A DNA stretch of 64,000 bases from Candidatus Zixiibacteriota bacterium (GTDB taxonomy: Bacteria; UBP14; UBA6098; JBKHBT01). The translations under genes were made by a program, and so were the position numbers. The notes under the pieces were generated by a model that saw only the letters and a list, made by a program, of their open reading frames with translations, searched no databases and had not been told where the DNA came from. Positions 38,609-48,990 of this stretch are shown one piece after another (the first letter of the stretch is position 1; every line of letters starts with the position of its first letter). The stretch is taken from NCBI GenBank assembly GCA_046542255.1, contig JBKHBT010000002.1:33700-97699 (forward strand). The letters run 5' to 3'.

Positions 38609-39805
38609 TTATTTATTCTTAAGAATTTTTATCATCTGCGGCACAATTTCGAAAAGATCGCCGACTATGCCATATGTTGCGATATCGAATATCGGTGCCT
38701 GTGGATCCTTATTAATTGCGACAATTGTATCTGCGCCTTGCATTCCAACAAGATGCTGGACTGCTCCTGAGATACCACATGCGATATAGAGTTTTGGCGA
38801 AACTGTTTTACCAGTTTGCCCGACCTGATGGGAATATGAAATCCAATCAGCATCGACTGCTGCTCTTGATGAGCCGACAGCTCCTTCTAATAGGTCTGCA
38901 AGTTCATATATGATATCAAAATTCTCTGGCCCGCCAAGCCCTCTACCACCGGATACTATAATATCAGCATCGACAATATTAAGCTCATCGGATAATTCAT
39001 GAACCGTATCGAAAATCCTGACCTTCTTCTTTGGCTGGACATCACCGACATCGATTTCGATTATCTCGCCTTTTCGGCTATCATTAGGCTCCAAAGCCTT
39101 CATAACGCGATATCTAACTGTCGTCATTTGCGGCCTATGGTCGGGACAAATTATGGTAGCCATAATATTTCCGCCAAATGCCGGACGAGTTTGCAGTAGG
39201 AGCTTCTTCTCCCTATCGATATCAAGGGCAGTACAATCGGCTGTGAGCCCGGTTTCGAGCCTTATCGCGAGCCTTGGTATGAGGCTTCGGCCATGTATTG
39301 TAGCGCCGGTAAGAATGATCTCTGGCTTAAATTGTCTTGCAATTCTCTCCAGGGCCATAGCATAGTTTTGCTCATTGAAATCATCGAGCCAATCCGCTTC
39401 TGCTATAAAGACCTTATCTGCGCCATATTGGATTAATTCATTGGCATATTTTTTGACATCTTTGCCAATGAGTATTGCTCCCAATTCGGAATCACGAGTA
39501 TCAGCCAGGCGTTTTCCTTCACCCAAAAGCTCATGGGTTACCTCGTGGATTTCATCTCTTATAATCTCAGCATAAACAAATACGCCATTATATTCTTCTA
39601 AAGCATCTTCAGAAGTGCTCTTTTTCTGGTCATGGCGGAGAATTATCGCATCGAATGGGCATGAATCAACGCAAGCGCCACATATAGTACAATTTGCATT
39701 AATTGAAGCGATATCATCTTCAATATCTATCGCTGCAAAGGGGCAAGCCTCAATGCATTTTCCGCAACCTGTACAAAGCTCTTTTACTATCTCAATTCCT
39801 ATCAT
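38609..39805 (-). CDS. etfA: Electron transfer flavoprotein alpha subunit with N-terminal 2x[4Fe-4S] ferredoxin domain
   Basis: CTGCGKC...CP and CTICGAC...CP; GLTADCT, TRPAFGGN, VSGGRG, QVGQTG, GISGAVQH. Confidence 0.93.
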   Translation of the reverse strand: MIGIEIVKELCTGCGKCIEACPFAAIDIEDDIASINANCTICGACVDSCPFDAIILRHDQKKSTSEDALEEYNGVFVYAEIIRDEIHEVTHELLGEGKRLADTRDSELGAILIGKDVKKYANELIQYGADKVFIAEADWLDDFNEQNYAMALERIARQFKPEIILTGATIHGRSLIPRLAIRLETGLTADCTALDIDREKKLLLQTRPAFGGNIMATIICPDHRPQMTTVRYRVMKALEPNDSRKGEIIEIDVGDVQPKKKVRIFDTVHELSDELNIVDADIIVSGGRGLGGPENFDIIYELADLLEGAVGSSRAAVDADWISYSHQVGQTGKTVSPKLYIACGISGAVQHLVGMQGADTIVAINKDPQAPIFDIATYGIVGDLFEIVPQMIKILKNK

Positions 39806-39986
39806 GGCATAGAAAATAGTCATAATTCCAAAGAAAGCAATAATTTTTTAAAATAAAAAAATATTTTGTGCCGAAGCCCAAAATGCTTGAAAAACCTTGA
39901 CTTGATAATGACTCGATACTAATTTACGTAGTTATGGTATTTGTGGAAATATTGAAAAATGTGGAAGATTGTAAAACAGATAGAGA

Positions 39987-42242
39987 ATGCAAAAACATTT
40001 TATAGAAGAAATTGATTTGTATGTGCAACAGGCTCGAGATACCGAGCTGGCTAATTATTGGCAAACACTCCGTCCATTACTTTGTCAAAGCGATGGTGAC
40101 ACTTGTGCGATAAGCGATGAGAATGATCTTTCCAGCATTAATTTGAATACCCATAATAATCATTTTTCGGAGTTGTTCAAAACTGAATCAGATATGATGG
40201 TTTTAGTCTTCGATATACTATCGATATTTGGAAATATCATTTCCCAACATGAGATTCAGGAATATCTAAATGAATTTCTCAGCAAACGTTTAGAATATAA
40301 TTCCGGTATCCTTTCGATTCAAAAACCTGGCTCGAAAAAGTTAAATAAAATTTGGGATTTTGGCCTGGATCATTCTTTTTCTAAGCGCAATGTGGGCAAT
40401 CTAAGTTATAAAATAGCCAATGATGACTTATCTCAAAAAATCCAATATGAGGCAGCAAAATTAGGAAACACATATTATCTAGAAAATGCCAACTCCTGTA
40501 AGTTACCAATTTCAGTAGAATTAGACCCAGATAATCTATATTGGGGTGCCGATGATCTTTTATGCATATGGGTAGAAAGCGATCAAAAAAATGAAACTAT
40601 TTATCTTTTCCTGGATAAAAAACCCGGAGCACCCAAACCCGGCACAAAGGATCTGGCTTTATTGGAACTTCTGCTTACCAGTGTTTACAGAGCAATGAAA
40701 ACATCTTCAATATACGATAGTATTACGCTGGAGCTAAAACGAAACCGCTTTCTCTTCGAAATTACAAATCTCCTTAACAGTGATTTTGAATTCCAATATT
40801 GTTTGAATGAAGTGCTACAAAAAATGCAGGCTGCCTTTGGATATTTGTGGATTGGATTTTGGATTTTCGATATAAAAGACAAAGAGCATCTTCATATACT
40901 TTCACAGGCAGGCGAAGTGGATGAATATTTCGAGGGTATAAAATTAGAAAAGGGCGAAAAGGGCGGAATTGTCGGCATGGTAGCCGAGAATGGACATTTC
41001 TTTATCATCAATGAACCCGATAGCTTCCAAAAAGACAAATTGACTAATGTCGAGGGAAGCAATTCACAGCTTGCTGTTCCCGTCATTAAGAATGATGTAA
41101 TCTTTGGCGTGCTGGATATCAGATCATCTGAGACCAATGCTTTCGACCAAAAAAGCAGACGCTTCGCAAGAATCGTTGCTAATCAGCTTGCACAATCTTA
41201 TGCTTCGAGAAGAAATATCGTCAAAAGAGTTAAGGAACTAAAAATCAGAAGAAGTATTATCGATGTTGGTAGAATAATCTCTTCAATTCTCGACCTGGAT
41301 ATACTTATGAAAAAAAGCCTGCAGATTCTCCTTAGAACATTCAATTATTGGGGAGCTGCGATATTCCTAACAACTGCAAATGGCAAAAAATTGTATCTAG
41401 CTGAACAAGCTGGCGAGGTACTATTAAATTCCAAAAAAAAATATTTCATTGCCGGCAAAGAAGGCATTGTTGGAATAGCTGCAAGCACAAAAATGATCAC
41501 AAATATTCCCGATGTTCATCAGTTTCCATTTTATATAAAGGGCATTAAGAAGGTCAATTCCGAAATCGCCATTCCTATAATGAAGCACAATGTTGTCATT
41601 GGCGTCCTGGATGTTTATAGCACAGATTATCATGCATTTTCAACTGAAGATGAAGAAATCCTGGAGCTTTTTGCCAATTATATGTCGGTAGCTATTGTAA
41701 ATGCAAGATATCACCGGCGAGTACAAGAATTGGCAATTCGCGATGGGCTTACCAGTCTCTATAATCATAGAAATTTCATGGAATCGATTGCTCGTGAGCA
41801 CAAAATCGCTGAAAGATATAATAAACCTTATGCGCTCCTTATGATGGATATCGACTTTTTCAAAAGTTTTAATGATAATTATGGACATCCTGCTGGTGAT
41901 AAAGTCCTTCGAGAAGCCGCAAAGACGATCCGCTCGAATATTAGACAGGACATCGATATAGCTGCAAGATATGGTGGCGAGGAATTCGCTGTCTTGCTTT
42001 TGGAAACAAAACCGAAGCAAGCCTACATAATAGCGGAAAGAATAAGAGAAAGCTTTTCTCAGATAAAAATCCAGGGTATCGATACAGAGATGACAATTTC
42101 TATTGGAATTGCATCTTATCCAAAGGATGCAGACAATCCAAAAGACATAATAGAAAAATCCGATACCGCTCTCTATCAGGCCAAAAAAGCCGGAAGAAAT
42201 CGAACAATCATGTTCAATCAGGAAGAATATGTCGCAACTTGA
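39987..42242 (+). CDS. GAF-GAF-GGDEF diguanylate cyclase
   Basis: Two GAF-like segments (GIVG...S..A.P....GVLD..S....AF); DGLT.LYN, DIDFFK.FND.YGH..GD, RYGGEEF. Confidence 0.9.
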   Translation: MQKHFIEEIDLYVQQARDTELANYWQTLRPLLCQSDGDTCAISDENDLSSINLNTHNNHFSELFKTESDMMVLVFDILSIFGNIISQHEIQEYLNEFLSKRLEYNSGILSIQKPGSKKLNKIWDFGLDHSFSKRNVGNLSYKIANDDLSQKIQYEAAKLGNTYYLENANSCKLPISVELDPDNLYWGADDLLCIWVESDQKNETIYLFLDKKPGAPKPGTKDLALLELLLTSVYRAMKTSSIYDSITLELKRNRFLFEITNLLNSDFEFQYCLNEVLQKMQAAFGYLWIGFWIFDIKDKEHLHILSQAGEVDEYFEGIKLEKGEKGGIVGMVAENGHFFIINEPDSFQKDKLTNVEGSNSQLAVPVIKNDVIFGVLDIRSSETNAFDQKSRRFARIVANQLAQSYASRRNIVKRVKELKIRRSIIDVGRIISSILDLDILMKKSLQILLRTFNYWGAAIFLTTANGKKLYLAEQAGEVLLNSKKKYFIAGKEGIVGIAASTKMITNIPDVHQFPFYIKGIKKVNSEIAIPIMKHNVVIGVLDVYSTDYHAFSTEDEEILELFANYMSVAIVNARYHRRVQELAIRDGLTSLYNHRNFMESIAREHKIAERYNKPYALLMMDIDFFKSFNDNYGHPAGDKVLREAAKTIRSNIRQDIDIAARYGGEEFAVLLLETKPKQAYIIAERIRESFSQIKIQGIDTEMTISIGIASYPKDADNPKDIIEKSDTALYQAKKAGRNRTIMFNQEEYVAT

Positions 42243-42975
42243 AAAACTAAAAGACAGGATGAAATCGCTGGATAAAATTCCAGAGCACATCGCAATAATT
42301 ATGGATGGCAATGGAAGATGGGCAAAAGCCCATGATTTGCCAATTAGGAAAGGCCATAGCGAAGGCGTGAAGGCTGTTAGAAGAATTGTCGAGATTGCTC
42401 GCGAAATCAATATCAAGGTTCTTACATTATATACATTCTCGAGCGAGAACTGGAGCCGTTCTCAGGAAGAGATCAATGCACTTATGCAGCTTCTTAAGTC
42501 ATCGGTTTTCAAGGAGCTTAATGATCTTATCAAAAACGGTGTAAGGCTTAGGGTCAGCGGCGATTTAGATGGCCTACCACTGGCACAGAAAAAAGCAATG
42601 AAATATGCAATCGAAAAAACGGCCAAATGCGATAAGCTAATACTTAACCTTGCCCTAAATTACGGCGGCCGCCAGGAAATTATCCAGGCTGTTCAAAAAA
42701 TTGCGCAAGATTGTAAAAATGATAAATTTGCGATAGAAGATATCGATGATAGTCTATTTGAAAGCTACCTCTATACATCTGGCCTATCAGATCCTGATTT
42801 ATTAATTCGTACCGGTGGCAATTCTCGAATATCGAATTTTCTATTGTGGCAGCTATCCTATACAGAGATATTAATCCTTGAAAAATATTGGCCGGATTTC
42901 CAAAAAGAAGATTTTGTGATGGCAGTTTTAGATTTCGCCAACCGAGACCGTCGTTTCGGCGGCCGAAAGGAGTAG
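42229..42975 (+). CDS. uppS: Undecaprenyl diphosphate synthase
   Basis: HIAIIMDGNGRWA, FSSENW.R, NYGGR, PDLLIRTGG..RISNFLLWQ, RRFGG. Confidence 0.96.
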   Translation: MSQLEKLKDRMKSLDKIPEHIAIIMDGNGRWAKAHDLPIRKGHSEGVKAVRRIVEIAREINIKVLTLYTFSSENWSRSQEEINALMQLLKSSVFKELNDLIKNGVRLRVSGDLDGLPLAQKKAMKYAIEKTAKCDKLILNLALNYGGRQEIIQAVQKIAQDCKNDKFAIEDIDDSLFESYLYTSGLSDPDLLIRTGGNSRISNFLLWQLSYTEILILEKYWPDFQKEDFVMAVLDFANRDRRFGGRKE

Positions 42976-42979
42976 TAAT

Positions 42980-43786
42980 ATGCATCCTGAGATTATACAT
43001 ATCGGCCGCTTTGCCGTTAGAAGTTGGGGCCTGATGGCTGCTTTGGCATTTTTAGTCGGACTTTTTATCGCAAGCCTAAGGGCTCCAAAATTCAATATAA
43101 ATAAAAATGTTGTACCTGATATTTTGCTTGTTATACTTGTATCATCTTTGCTGGGTTCAAGATTCTTCTATGTTATCTTCCATCTCGATGAATTTCGGGG
43201 AAATTGGATGAGTACAATTAATCCTTTCGCTGGGGATGGCGCTTTTGGTATCGCCGGTCTTTCTATGATGGGTGGTATCGTTTTCGCTATTATAGCGACC
43301 TGGGCATATACTAAAATTAAAAAAGTGCCATTTCTCGATCTTGGAGATACTATAGCGCCGGGTTTTCTTATTGGCGCAGGAATAACCAGAATAGGTTGCT
43401 TCCTGAATGGCTGCTGTTTTGGCCGCCCTACGGATAGTATCCTGGGCACGCTTTTCCCGCCTCATTGCCCGGCTGGAGATATTTATCCGCATACACATAT
43501 TCATCCAACTCAGATATATGCATCACTTCTGGGATTCGCTTTTTTCGGATTGGTACTTATTCTGGAGAGATTCCACAGTTTTAGAGGTTTTACTATGTGG
43601 ATGGTTCTTTTGCTATACTCGATAGACCGCTTTATTGTCGATATGTTCCGTCATTATGAAGCTAAGCAGGTGCTTTTCAATATAGGGCATGCAATGTTTT
43701 CTGTAAATGAATTAGTCGTGGTAGGCCTATTTGTCCTATCTGCGGTGATGTTAATTAAAGGGTATAAGAAGAAAAATGCAAATTAG
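42980..43786 (+). CDS. lgt: Prolipoprotein diacylglyceryl transferase
   Basis: WG.M, GL...GG, RIGCFLNGCCFG, HPTQIY, R...D.FR; multiple transmembrane segments. Confidence 0.88.
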   Translation: MHPEIIHIGRFAVRSWGLMAALAFLVGLFIASLRAPKFNINKNVVPDILLVILVSSLLGSRFFYVIFHLDEFRGNWMSTINPFAGDGAFGIAGLSMMGGIVFAIIATWAYTKIKKVPFLDLGDTIAPGFLIGAGITRIGCFLNGCCFGRPTDSILGTLFPPHCPAGDIYPHTHIHPTQIYASLLGFAFFGLVLILERFHSFRGFTMWMVLLLYSIDRFIVDMFRHYEAKQVLFNIGHAMFSVNELVVVGLFVLSAVMLIKGYKKKNAN

Positions 43787-44528
43787 GCAAGCTCTAATAA
43801 CTTTTCGAGAGTCATTTCTGGATTTTCTTTATCCACCGTCTTGCTTTTATTGCGATGCTTTCATGGATAAACACCGCCTGCTTTGCGATGAATGCAGAGA
43901 TTCGATAGAGCCTATCGATTTGGCAGAATGTGCCGTTTGCAATCATGACATTCCAAAGGGCGAGAAACATTGCATCGAGCATAAGACACAGACATTAGAT
44001 GAGCCGATTATCTTCTTCAGGGCCTATGCCAAATTCAATGACATTGTCCGAAGCCTAATTCATGCGCTCAAATATAATGGCAGAGACGATATCGGTATAT
44101 ATTTTGGCAGGAAAATTGGCGAGATGGTGCTTCGCGAAGAAATTTTTAATGATTATGACCTCTGCATCGCAGTTCCTCTTTATTCAACTCGAAAAAGAGA
44201 AAGAGGCTATAATCAAAGCGCAAAAATTGCGAAGGGTATTTCAGAAGTATCAGGCATCCCCTTTTTTGAAAAAATTGCCAAAAGGACAAAAGCCACAAAA
44301 TCGCAAACTACGATGAATATCCAGGAAAGAATCCAAAATGTTGCAAATATTTTTAAAATCGAATATCCCGAAATGGTAAAAAATAAAAATATCATCATTA
44401 CCGATGATGTAATCACAACAGGTTCAACTGTTAAATCATTATCCAGGGCTCTTTTAGAATCTGGTGCAGGAAAAATCTGCGCTGTTTCTATATCAAGGCC
44501 AGTCGATAATCAAGGAAACTCAAATTAA
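43776..44528 (+). CDS. comF: ComF family protein (Zn ribbon + PRTase)
   Basis: PPSC..C...C..C, LKY, VPL...R..ERGYNQ, DDVITTGST. Confidence 0.88.
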   Translation: MQIRQALITFRESFLDFLYPPSCFYCDAFMDKHRLLCDECRDSIEPIDLAECAVCNHDIPKGEKHCIEHKTQTLDEPIIFFRAYAKFNDIVRSLIHALKYNGRDDIGIYFGRKIGEMVLREEIFNDYDLCIAVPLYSTRKRERGYNQSAKIAKGISEVSGIPFFEKIAKRTKATKSQTTMNIQERIQNVANIFKIEYPEMVKNKNIIITDDVITTGSTVKSLSRALLESGAGKICAVSISRPVDNQGNSN

Positions 44529-44539
44529 AGGAGAAATAC

Positions 44540-44866
44540 ATGTCGTATCTATTTTTAATGGCATCACAAGCCCAAGGGACATCCGAGCAAGGCAGTCCGC
44601 TTTTGACATTTTTGCCACTAATTGTACTTTTTGCTGTTTTTTATATCTTTATTTTACTTCCACAGCAAAAAAAGCAAAAGAAATTACAAAAAATGATCGA
44701 AGAGCTTAAAAGAGGCGATAGAGTCGTAACAAATGGCGGAATCATGGGTCAGGTAATCGGCCGAAGAGAAGACATCATCGTAATTAAATCCGGTGAGTCA
44801 AAATTTGAAGTAAATAAAAACTTCATCGCTGAAAAAATCTCTGAAGAGATAAAGACAAATCAATGA
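44540..44866 (+). CDS. yajC: Preprotein translocase subunit YajC
   Basis: FY.F...PQQK, LKRGDRVVT.GGI.G. Confidence 0.9.
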   Translation: MSYLFLMASQAQGTSEQGSPLLTFLPLIVLFAVFYIFILLPQQKKQKKLQKMIEELKRGDRVVTNGGIMGQVIGRREDIIVIKSGESKFEVNKNFIAEKISEEIKTNQ

Positions 44867-44870
44867 AAAA

Positions 44871-45416
44871 ATGATTAAAAATATCGATGAACTGAAGCTT
44901 GAATGGACTTATTATCCGTCCAAGCTTCTATATAATAAATGTAAAACTATCGATGAAGAAGACTTCGAGCTATCTCTTGAGATCGGTTCGAAAATGAAAA
45001 CGATGCTTGCCGAGCAAAATGGACTCGGCCTCGCAGCTAACCAGGCCGGATTGGATATCTGCATGGCAATAGTAGCATTTCCGGATGAGAATGGTGATTA
45101 TAGAGTCCTCAAAACTCTAATAAATCCTGAGATTGTTTTTGAAAGCCCCAAAAAAATAAATTCAGAAGAGGGCTGCCTTAGCTTTCCTGAGCTATTTGTC
45201 GAGATTGAAAGGCCTTATGAAATAGTTGTCAGGGCGCAGCTCGAGGACAAAGGCATGATGAATATTCAGGCAAGGGGACTTCTGGCAAGAATCCTTTGCC
45301 ATGAGATAGACCATCTAAATGGCATTACGATGCCAGATCGCCTAACCCCAATCAATAGAGAGATCATTCAACCGCAATTGGACAAAATCGAGGAGGAATT
45401 TGGCTCTGAAGAATAA
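44871..45416 (+). CDS. def: Peptide deformylase
   Basis: GLGLAANQ, EGCLS, HEIDHLNG. Confidence 0.93.
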   Translation: MIKNIDELKLEWTYYPSKLLYNKCKTIDEEDFELSLEIGSKMKTMLAEQNGLGLAANQAGLDICMAIVAFPDENGDYRVLKTLINPEIVFESPKKINSEEGCLSFPELFVEIERPYEIVVRAQLEDKGMMNIQARGLLARILCHEIDHLNGITMPDRLTPINREIIQPQLDKIEEEFGSEE

Positions 45417-46350
45417 ATTCCCAAATCTCATTTTTCTTGGAGGCGATGGTTTTGCCGCTGCTATTTTCGAAAGGCTCATAAAAGATAATATAAGGCCGAA
45501 AGCAATTTTTACTTATCCCCCTAAAGAAAGAGGCCGTGGAAGAAAGCCGGTTGCTAATCCAGTTCGGAAAGTGGCAGATAAATATGAGATCGAATGCCTT
45601 GAATTTGATAATTATAAGACTGATGAGGTAGTGGATGCCATAAAAAGCCTGAATGCTAAATTGGGAGTTGTAATTTCTTTTAAGATTTTACCCGAGAAAG
45701 TATTTAATGCTCCAGAGCATGGAATGATTAATCTCCATCCATCTCTGCTACCAGATTTGCGAGGTGCCGCTCCTTTGAACTGGGCCATAGCAAAGGGCTA
45801 CCTTAAAAGCGGAATTACAGTCTTTTTTCTCGACAAAAAAATCGATTCGGGTAATATCCTTCTGCAAAAGGAAGTTGAAATAGGCTGCAATGAAACCTAT
45901 GGTGATTTATGGTATAAAGTCCAAAAACCATCTGCCGAAATACTCAAAAAGGCAATCAATCTAATCTATAGTGGAGATTATAAACTGCAAAATCAAAATA
46001 GTGAAAAATCATCCTATGCACCAAGGATCAAACAGAGCCATCTTGAAATAGATTGGAGTAAAACCGCTTCTCAGCTTCATAATCAAATCCGTGCTTTTGC
46101 GCCAAAGCCAGGAGCATTCACATTTTTCAAAAATAAGCGTGTCAAACTTTTTGAATCAGAAGTCCAGAATAACGAAATTTCTTCAAAAAATACAGGCGAA
46201 ATAGTCGATTATGATGATGAAGCAGTTATAGTTACGACTGGAAAAGGCTTTCTGAAAATCCTAATGCTACAGCCGGAAAATAAAAGGAAGATGTCTGGCC
46301 ATGATTTTTGGCTTGGTTATGTCAAAGAAAAAGGACAAAGTTTTGGTTAA
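45400..46350 (+). CDS. fmt: Methionyl-tRNA formyltransferase
   Basis: GRG, INLHPSLLP..RGAAP, D.G, IRA..P.PGA; follows def. Confidence 0.92.
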   Translation: MALKNKFPNLIFLGGDGFAAAIFERLIKDNIRPKAIFTYPPKERGRGRKPVANPVRKVADKYEIECLEFDNYKTDEVVDAIKSLNAKLGVVISFKILPEKVFNAPEHGMINLHPSLLPDLRGAAPLNWAIAKGYLKSGITVFFLDKKIDSGNILLQKEVEIGCNETYGDLWYKVQKPSAEILKKAINLIYSGDYKLQNQNSEKSSYAPRIKQSHLEIDWSKTASQLHNQIRAFAPKPGAFTFFKNKRVKLFESEVQNNEISSKNTGEIVDYDDEAVIVTTGKGFLKILMLQPENKRKMSGHDFWLGYVKEKGQSFG

Positions 46351-46531
46351 TTGCGCTTTCAGACAATGTGCTGTTCCGCATTGTCATACTTTTCAGGCTA
46401 AAACATCAGTAAAGCCTTTTGCTATATATATTAAGTATTATGTTTATGTCATATATATGGCTTTAAAAGAGATCATTCAGGATTGACAGGGGTTTGTTTT
46501 TGCACATATTTCATGACTTATTGAGGTTAAT

Positions 46532-47371
46532 TTGTCCGAAGAGAATACAAAAAAATATGACGTAAATAGCGAAATTGGTAAACTTTACCTTCAAAAGCCG
46601 AAAGAGATTTTCCCTGGTAAGGGCCTCTTTTTGGGGCTATCATGGGTAACCTATGCTTTGATTGTAATGATTACGCTGTTTCTGTTCTACCTAATTACGC
46701 CTCGTTTGCAGAATTTTGGAGAAGTCTATTTCTTTGCCATTGGAGGCCTTCTTGCCATCTTTCTGATTGTACTCGGCGGTGGCCTGCTTCTAATTAGCCT
46801 TAGTGTTTCCATCCATAAAGACCTTTTGTATCCTCACGGCGGATTTCAGATAACTATGCGAATACTTCCTCCAGTTGTTATTTTTTTGGGTAAAGCTCTT
46901 GGAGTATCTCGTGATGCTCTTTTAGAATCGATTATCGATGTTCAAAACTCGATTTTTCTTGTTCAAAGAGGTCGCGTTAATACCAAAAGGATACTGATGC
47001 TTCTGCCCCATTGCTTGCAACATCATGAATGTAATTGGAAAATCACCTGGTCAGTCGAAAACTGCAAACGCTGCGGAAAGTGCCCTATTGGCAATCTCTG
47101 TAAAATTTCTGACCGATATGGAATTTCTTTATATGTTGCCACCGGTGGCACAGTTGCAAGAAGGGTCGTCAAAGAGGTTCGGCCAACTGTTATATTGGCA
47201 GTAGCATGTCCACGTGATTTGGCTTCCGGAATGGTGGATGTTTACCCTATTCCCGTTTTCGGTATTCTTAATAAAAGGCCAAATGGCCCTTGTTTCGATA
47301 CCATAGTAGATACCGAATTTATCAGCAATATTATGGATCAGATCTTCAGAAGTGATGATGACAAAGAATAA
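46532..47371 (+). CDS. DUF116 family membrane protein
   Basis: Two N-terminal TMs; LLPHCL, C..CG.C, VATGG..AR, AVAC.RDL, N.RPNGPC.DT. Confidence 0.8.
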   Translation: MSEENTKKYDVNSEIGKLYLQKPKEIFPGKGLFLGLSWVTYALIVMITLFLFYLITPRLQNFGEVYFFAIGGLLAIFLIVLGGGLLLISLSVSIHKDLLYPHGGFQITMRILPPVVIFLGKALGVSRDALLESIIDVQNSIFLVQRGRVNTKRILMLLPHCLQHHECNWKITWSVENCKRCGKCPIGNLCKISDRYGISLYVATGGTVARRVVKEVRPTVILAVACPRDLASGMVDVYPIPVFGILNKRPNGPCFDTIVDTEFISNIMDQIFRSDDDKE

Positions 47372-48935
47372 TAAAACAAAATACACTTTATTCTCAAAGA
47401 AACGATTAAATCTAATTAAAGCTGCCATAGTGATTTCGGGGGCTTTGATACTTATTTTTATCGAACTATCATTCATTCTTGATATCGACTCCAAGTATTA
47501 TCAACATGTTATAATAGCTATCATTATTATGACTGCAGCGTTTATTCTTTCTATATTAGGCCTACTTGTAAACAAAAGAAACATCTTGCAGAGAATGATC
47601 GAAGAATCTGAAAAGAAATATAGAAATCTTACCGATTATTCCATGATTGGAATCATAATTTCAATTAGAAATAAGATCGTTTTCATAAACCCTCGAATCG
47701 AAGATTTAACGGGATATAGTAAAAATGAGTTGCTCGGATTTCCAATAAACAACATTATAAAAGAAGAAGACCTGGAAAAGTATAAAACTTTATTTGCTTC
47801 GAATTCAGATAATAATCGACTTGAATTTAGACTCAAGACCAAAAACGATAAATACATTTGGTGTGAAATGGTTTCTTCTAGAATTGATTATGATTCAGAG
47901 CCAGCAATTATGGCAAATATTGTCGATATTTCCGAAGCAAAGCAGAGGCGGCAAAGATTATCTGTAATACATAATATATCTGAGTCTTTAGTTAAGCAAA
48001 CCGGAGAAAAACAGGTCTATAAAATTGCCATCAATAATTCATTAGAAATATTCAATTGCGATGCAGCGATTGCATTTTCTTGTGAATATGAGTATAAAAC
48101 AATAGAGTCAAAATTATCTAATCTCAAAATTGAATACCAGAGAGGTTTTCCAGATTCAGTTACAAAAGAGGAGATAAAGCCTTTGCAAAAGAGTTATGGC
48201 CTTTTTGATTTGTGCCTATCTGGCAAAGGTCAAATCAAAAAGAGAAATCGATGTGCGGGTAAGAAACAATATCTCTCAGATAATTTCAAAAAATACCGCT
48301 CTTTATTATTAAATCCGATAGTTTTCGAAGGCAAGACATTGGGAATGCTGGCTTTCTTTTCAAAAGAAAGTACAAAATTTGTCGAAGAAGACCTATCGAT
48401 TCTTGAAAGTATATCGGATCAAGTGGCTGGCGCTATTACAAGAGAAAGGCTTTATAAGCATATCCAATATCAATCAGAGCATGACCCTTTGACCGATTTA
48501 TATAATAGAAGATATCTTAATCAGACAGCAATAAAAAAACTTCGTAAGACATATAATTCAGCATTTTTTCTTATGATCGATATCGACCGATTCAAAGAGG
48601 TAAATGACAAATTCGGCCATCTCGAAGGCGATAGAGTCCTTCGAGAAACTTCTACAATCATTAGCAACACTATTGGCAAAAAAGACATTGTATTTCGTTT
48701 TGGTGGTGATGAATTTCTTATTATTATGCCTGGAGCTTCTGAAAAAGATTACAAATCTGTCGTTGAAAACTTACAAACCGAAATCCAAAATTGGAGCCAT
48801 AAACAGGATAATATCGATTTTGAAATTACACTTTCTATAGGTAAAAGTAGATGGCATAGAGATTCTGAACAAACGATAGAGAAAGTTATCCAAGAGGCTG
48901 ATGAGAGAATGTACAAAAGAAAGCGTCAAAAATGA
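47352..48935 (+). CDS. Membrane-anchored PAS-GAF-GGDEF diguanylate cyclase
   Basis: Two TMs, PAS (SEKKYR...TGYS..EL), GAF, DPLT.LYNRR, RFGGDEF. Confidence 0.88.
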   Translation: MMMTKNNKTKYTLFSKKRLNLIKAAIVISGALILIFIELSFILDIDSKYYQHVIIAIIIMTAAFILSILGLLVNKRNILQRMIEESEKKYRNLTDYSMIGIIISIRNKIVFINPRIEDLTGYSKNELLGFPINNIIKEEDLEKYKTLFASNSDNNRLEFRLKTKNDKYIWCEMVSSRIDYDSEPAIMANIVDISEAKQRRQRLSVIHNISESLVKQTGEKQVYKIAINNSLEIFNCDAAIAFSCEYEYKTIESKLSNLKIEYQRGFPDSVTKEEIKPLQKSYGLFDLCLSGKGQIKKRNRCAGKKQYLSDNFKKYRSLLLNPIVFEGKTLGMLAFFSKESTKFVEEDLSILESISDQVAGAITRERLYKHIQYQSEHDPLTDLYNRRYLNQTAIKKLRKTYNSAFFLMIDIDRFKEVNDKFGHLEGDRVLRETSTIISNTIGKKDIVFRFGGDEFLIIMPGASEKDYKSVVENLQTEIQNWSHKQDNIDFEITLSIGKSRWHRDSEQTIEKVIQEADERMYKRKRQK

Positions 48936-48990
48936 TTATTCCTTTGAAAAAATGCTTGTCAAAATTTTAATCTCTTATATTTTATAGGCT

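Noticed and set aside
41640-42416. 258-aa minus-strand ORF
   Set aside because: Antisense to the GGDEF and uppS genes, with no motif or RBS
44871-47371. def-fmt-DUF116 linkage as a novel system
   Set aside because: This neighbourhood is already familiar from other anaerobes
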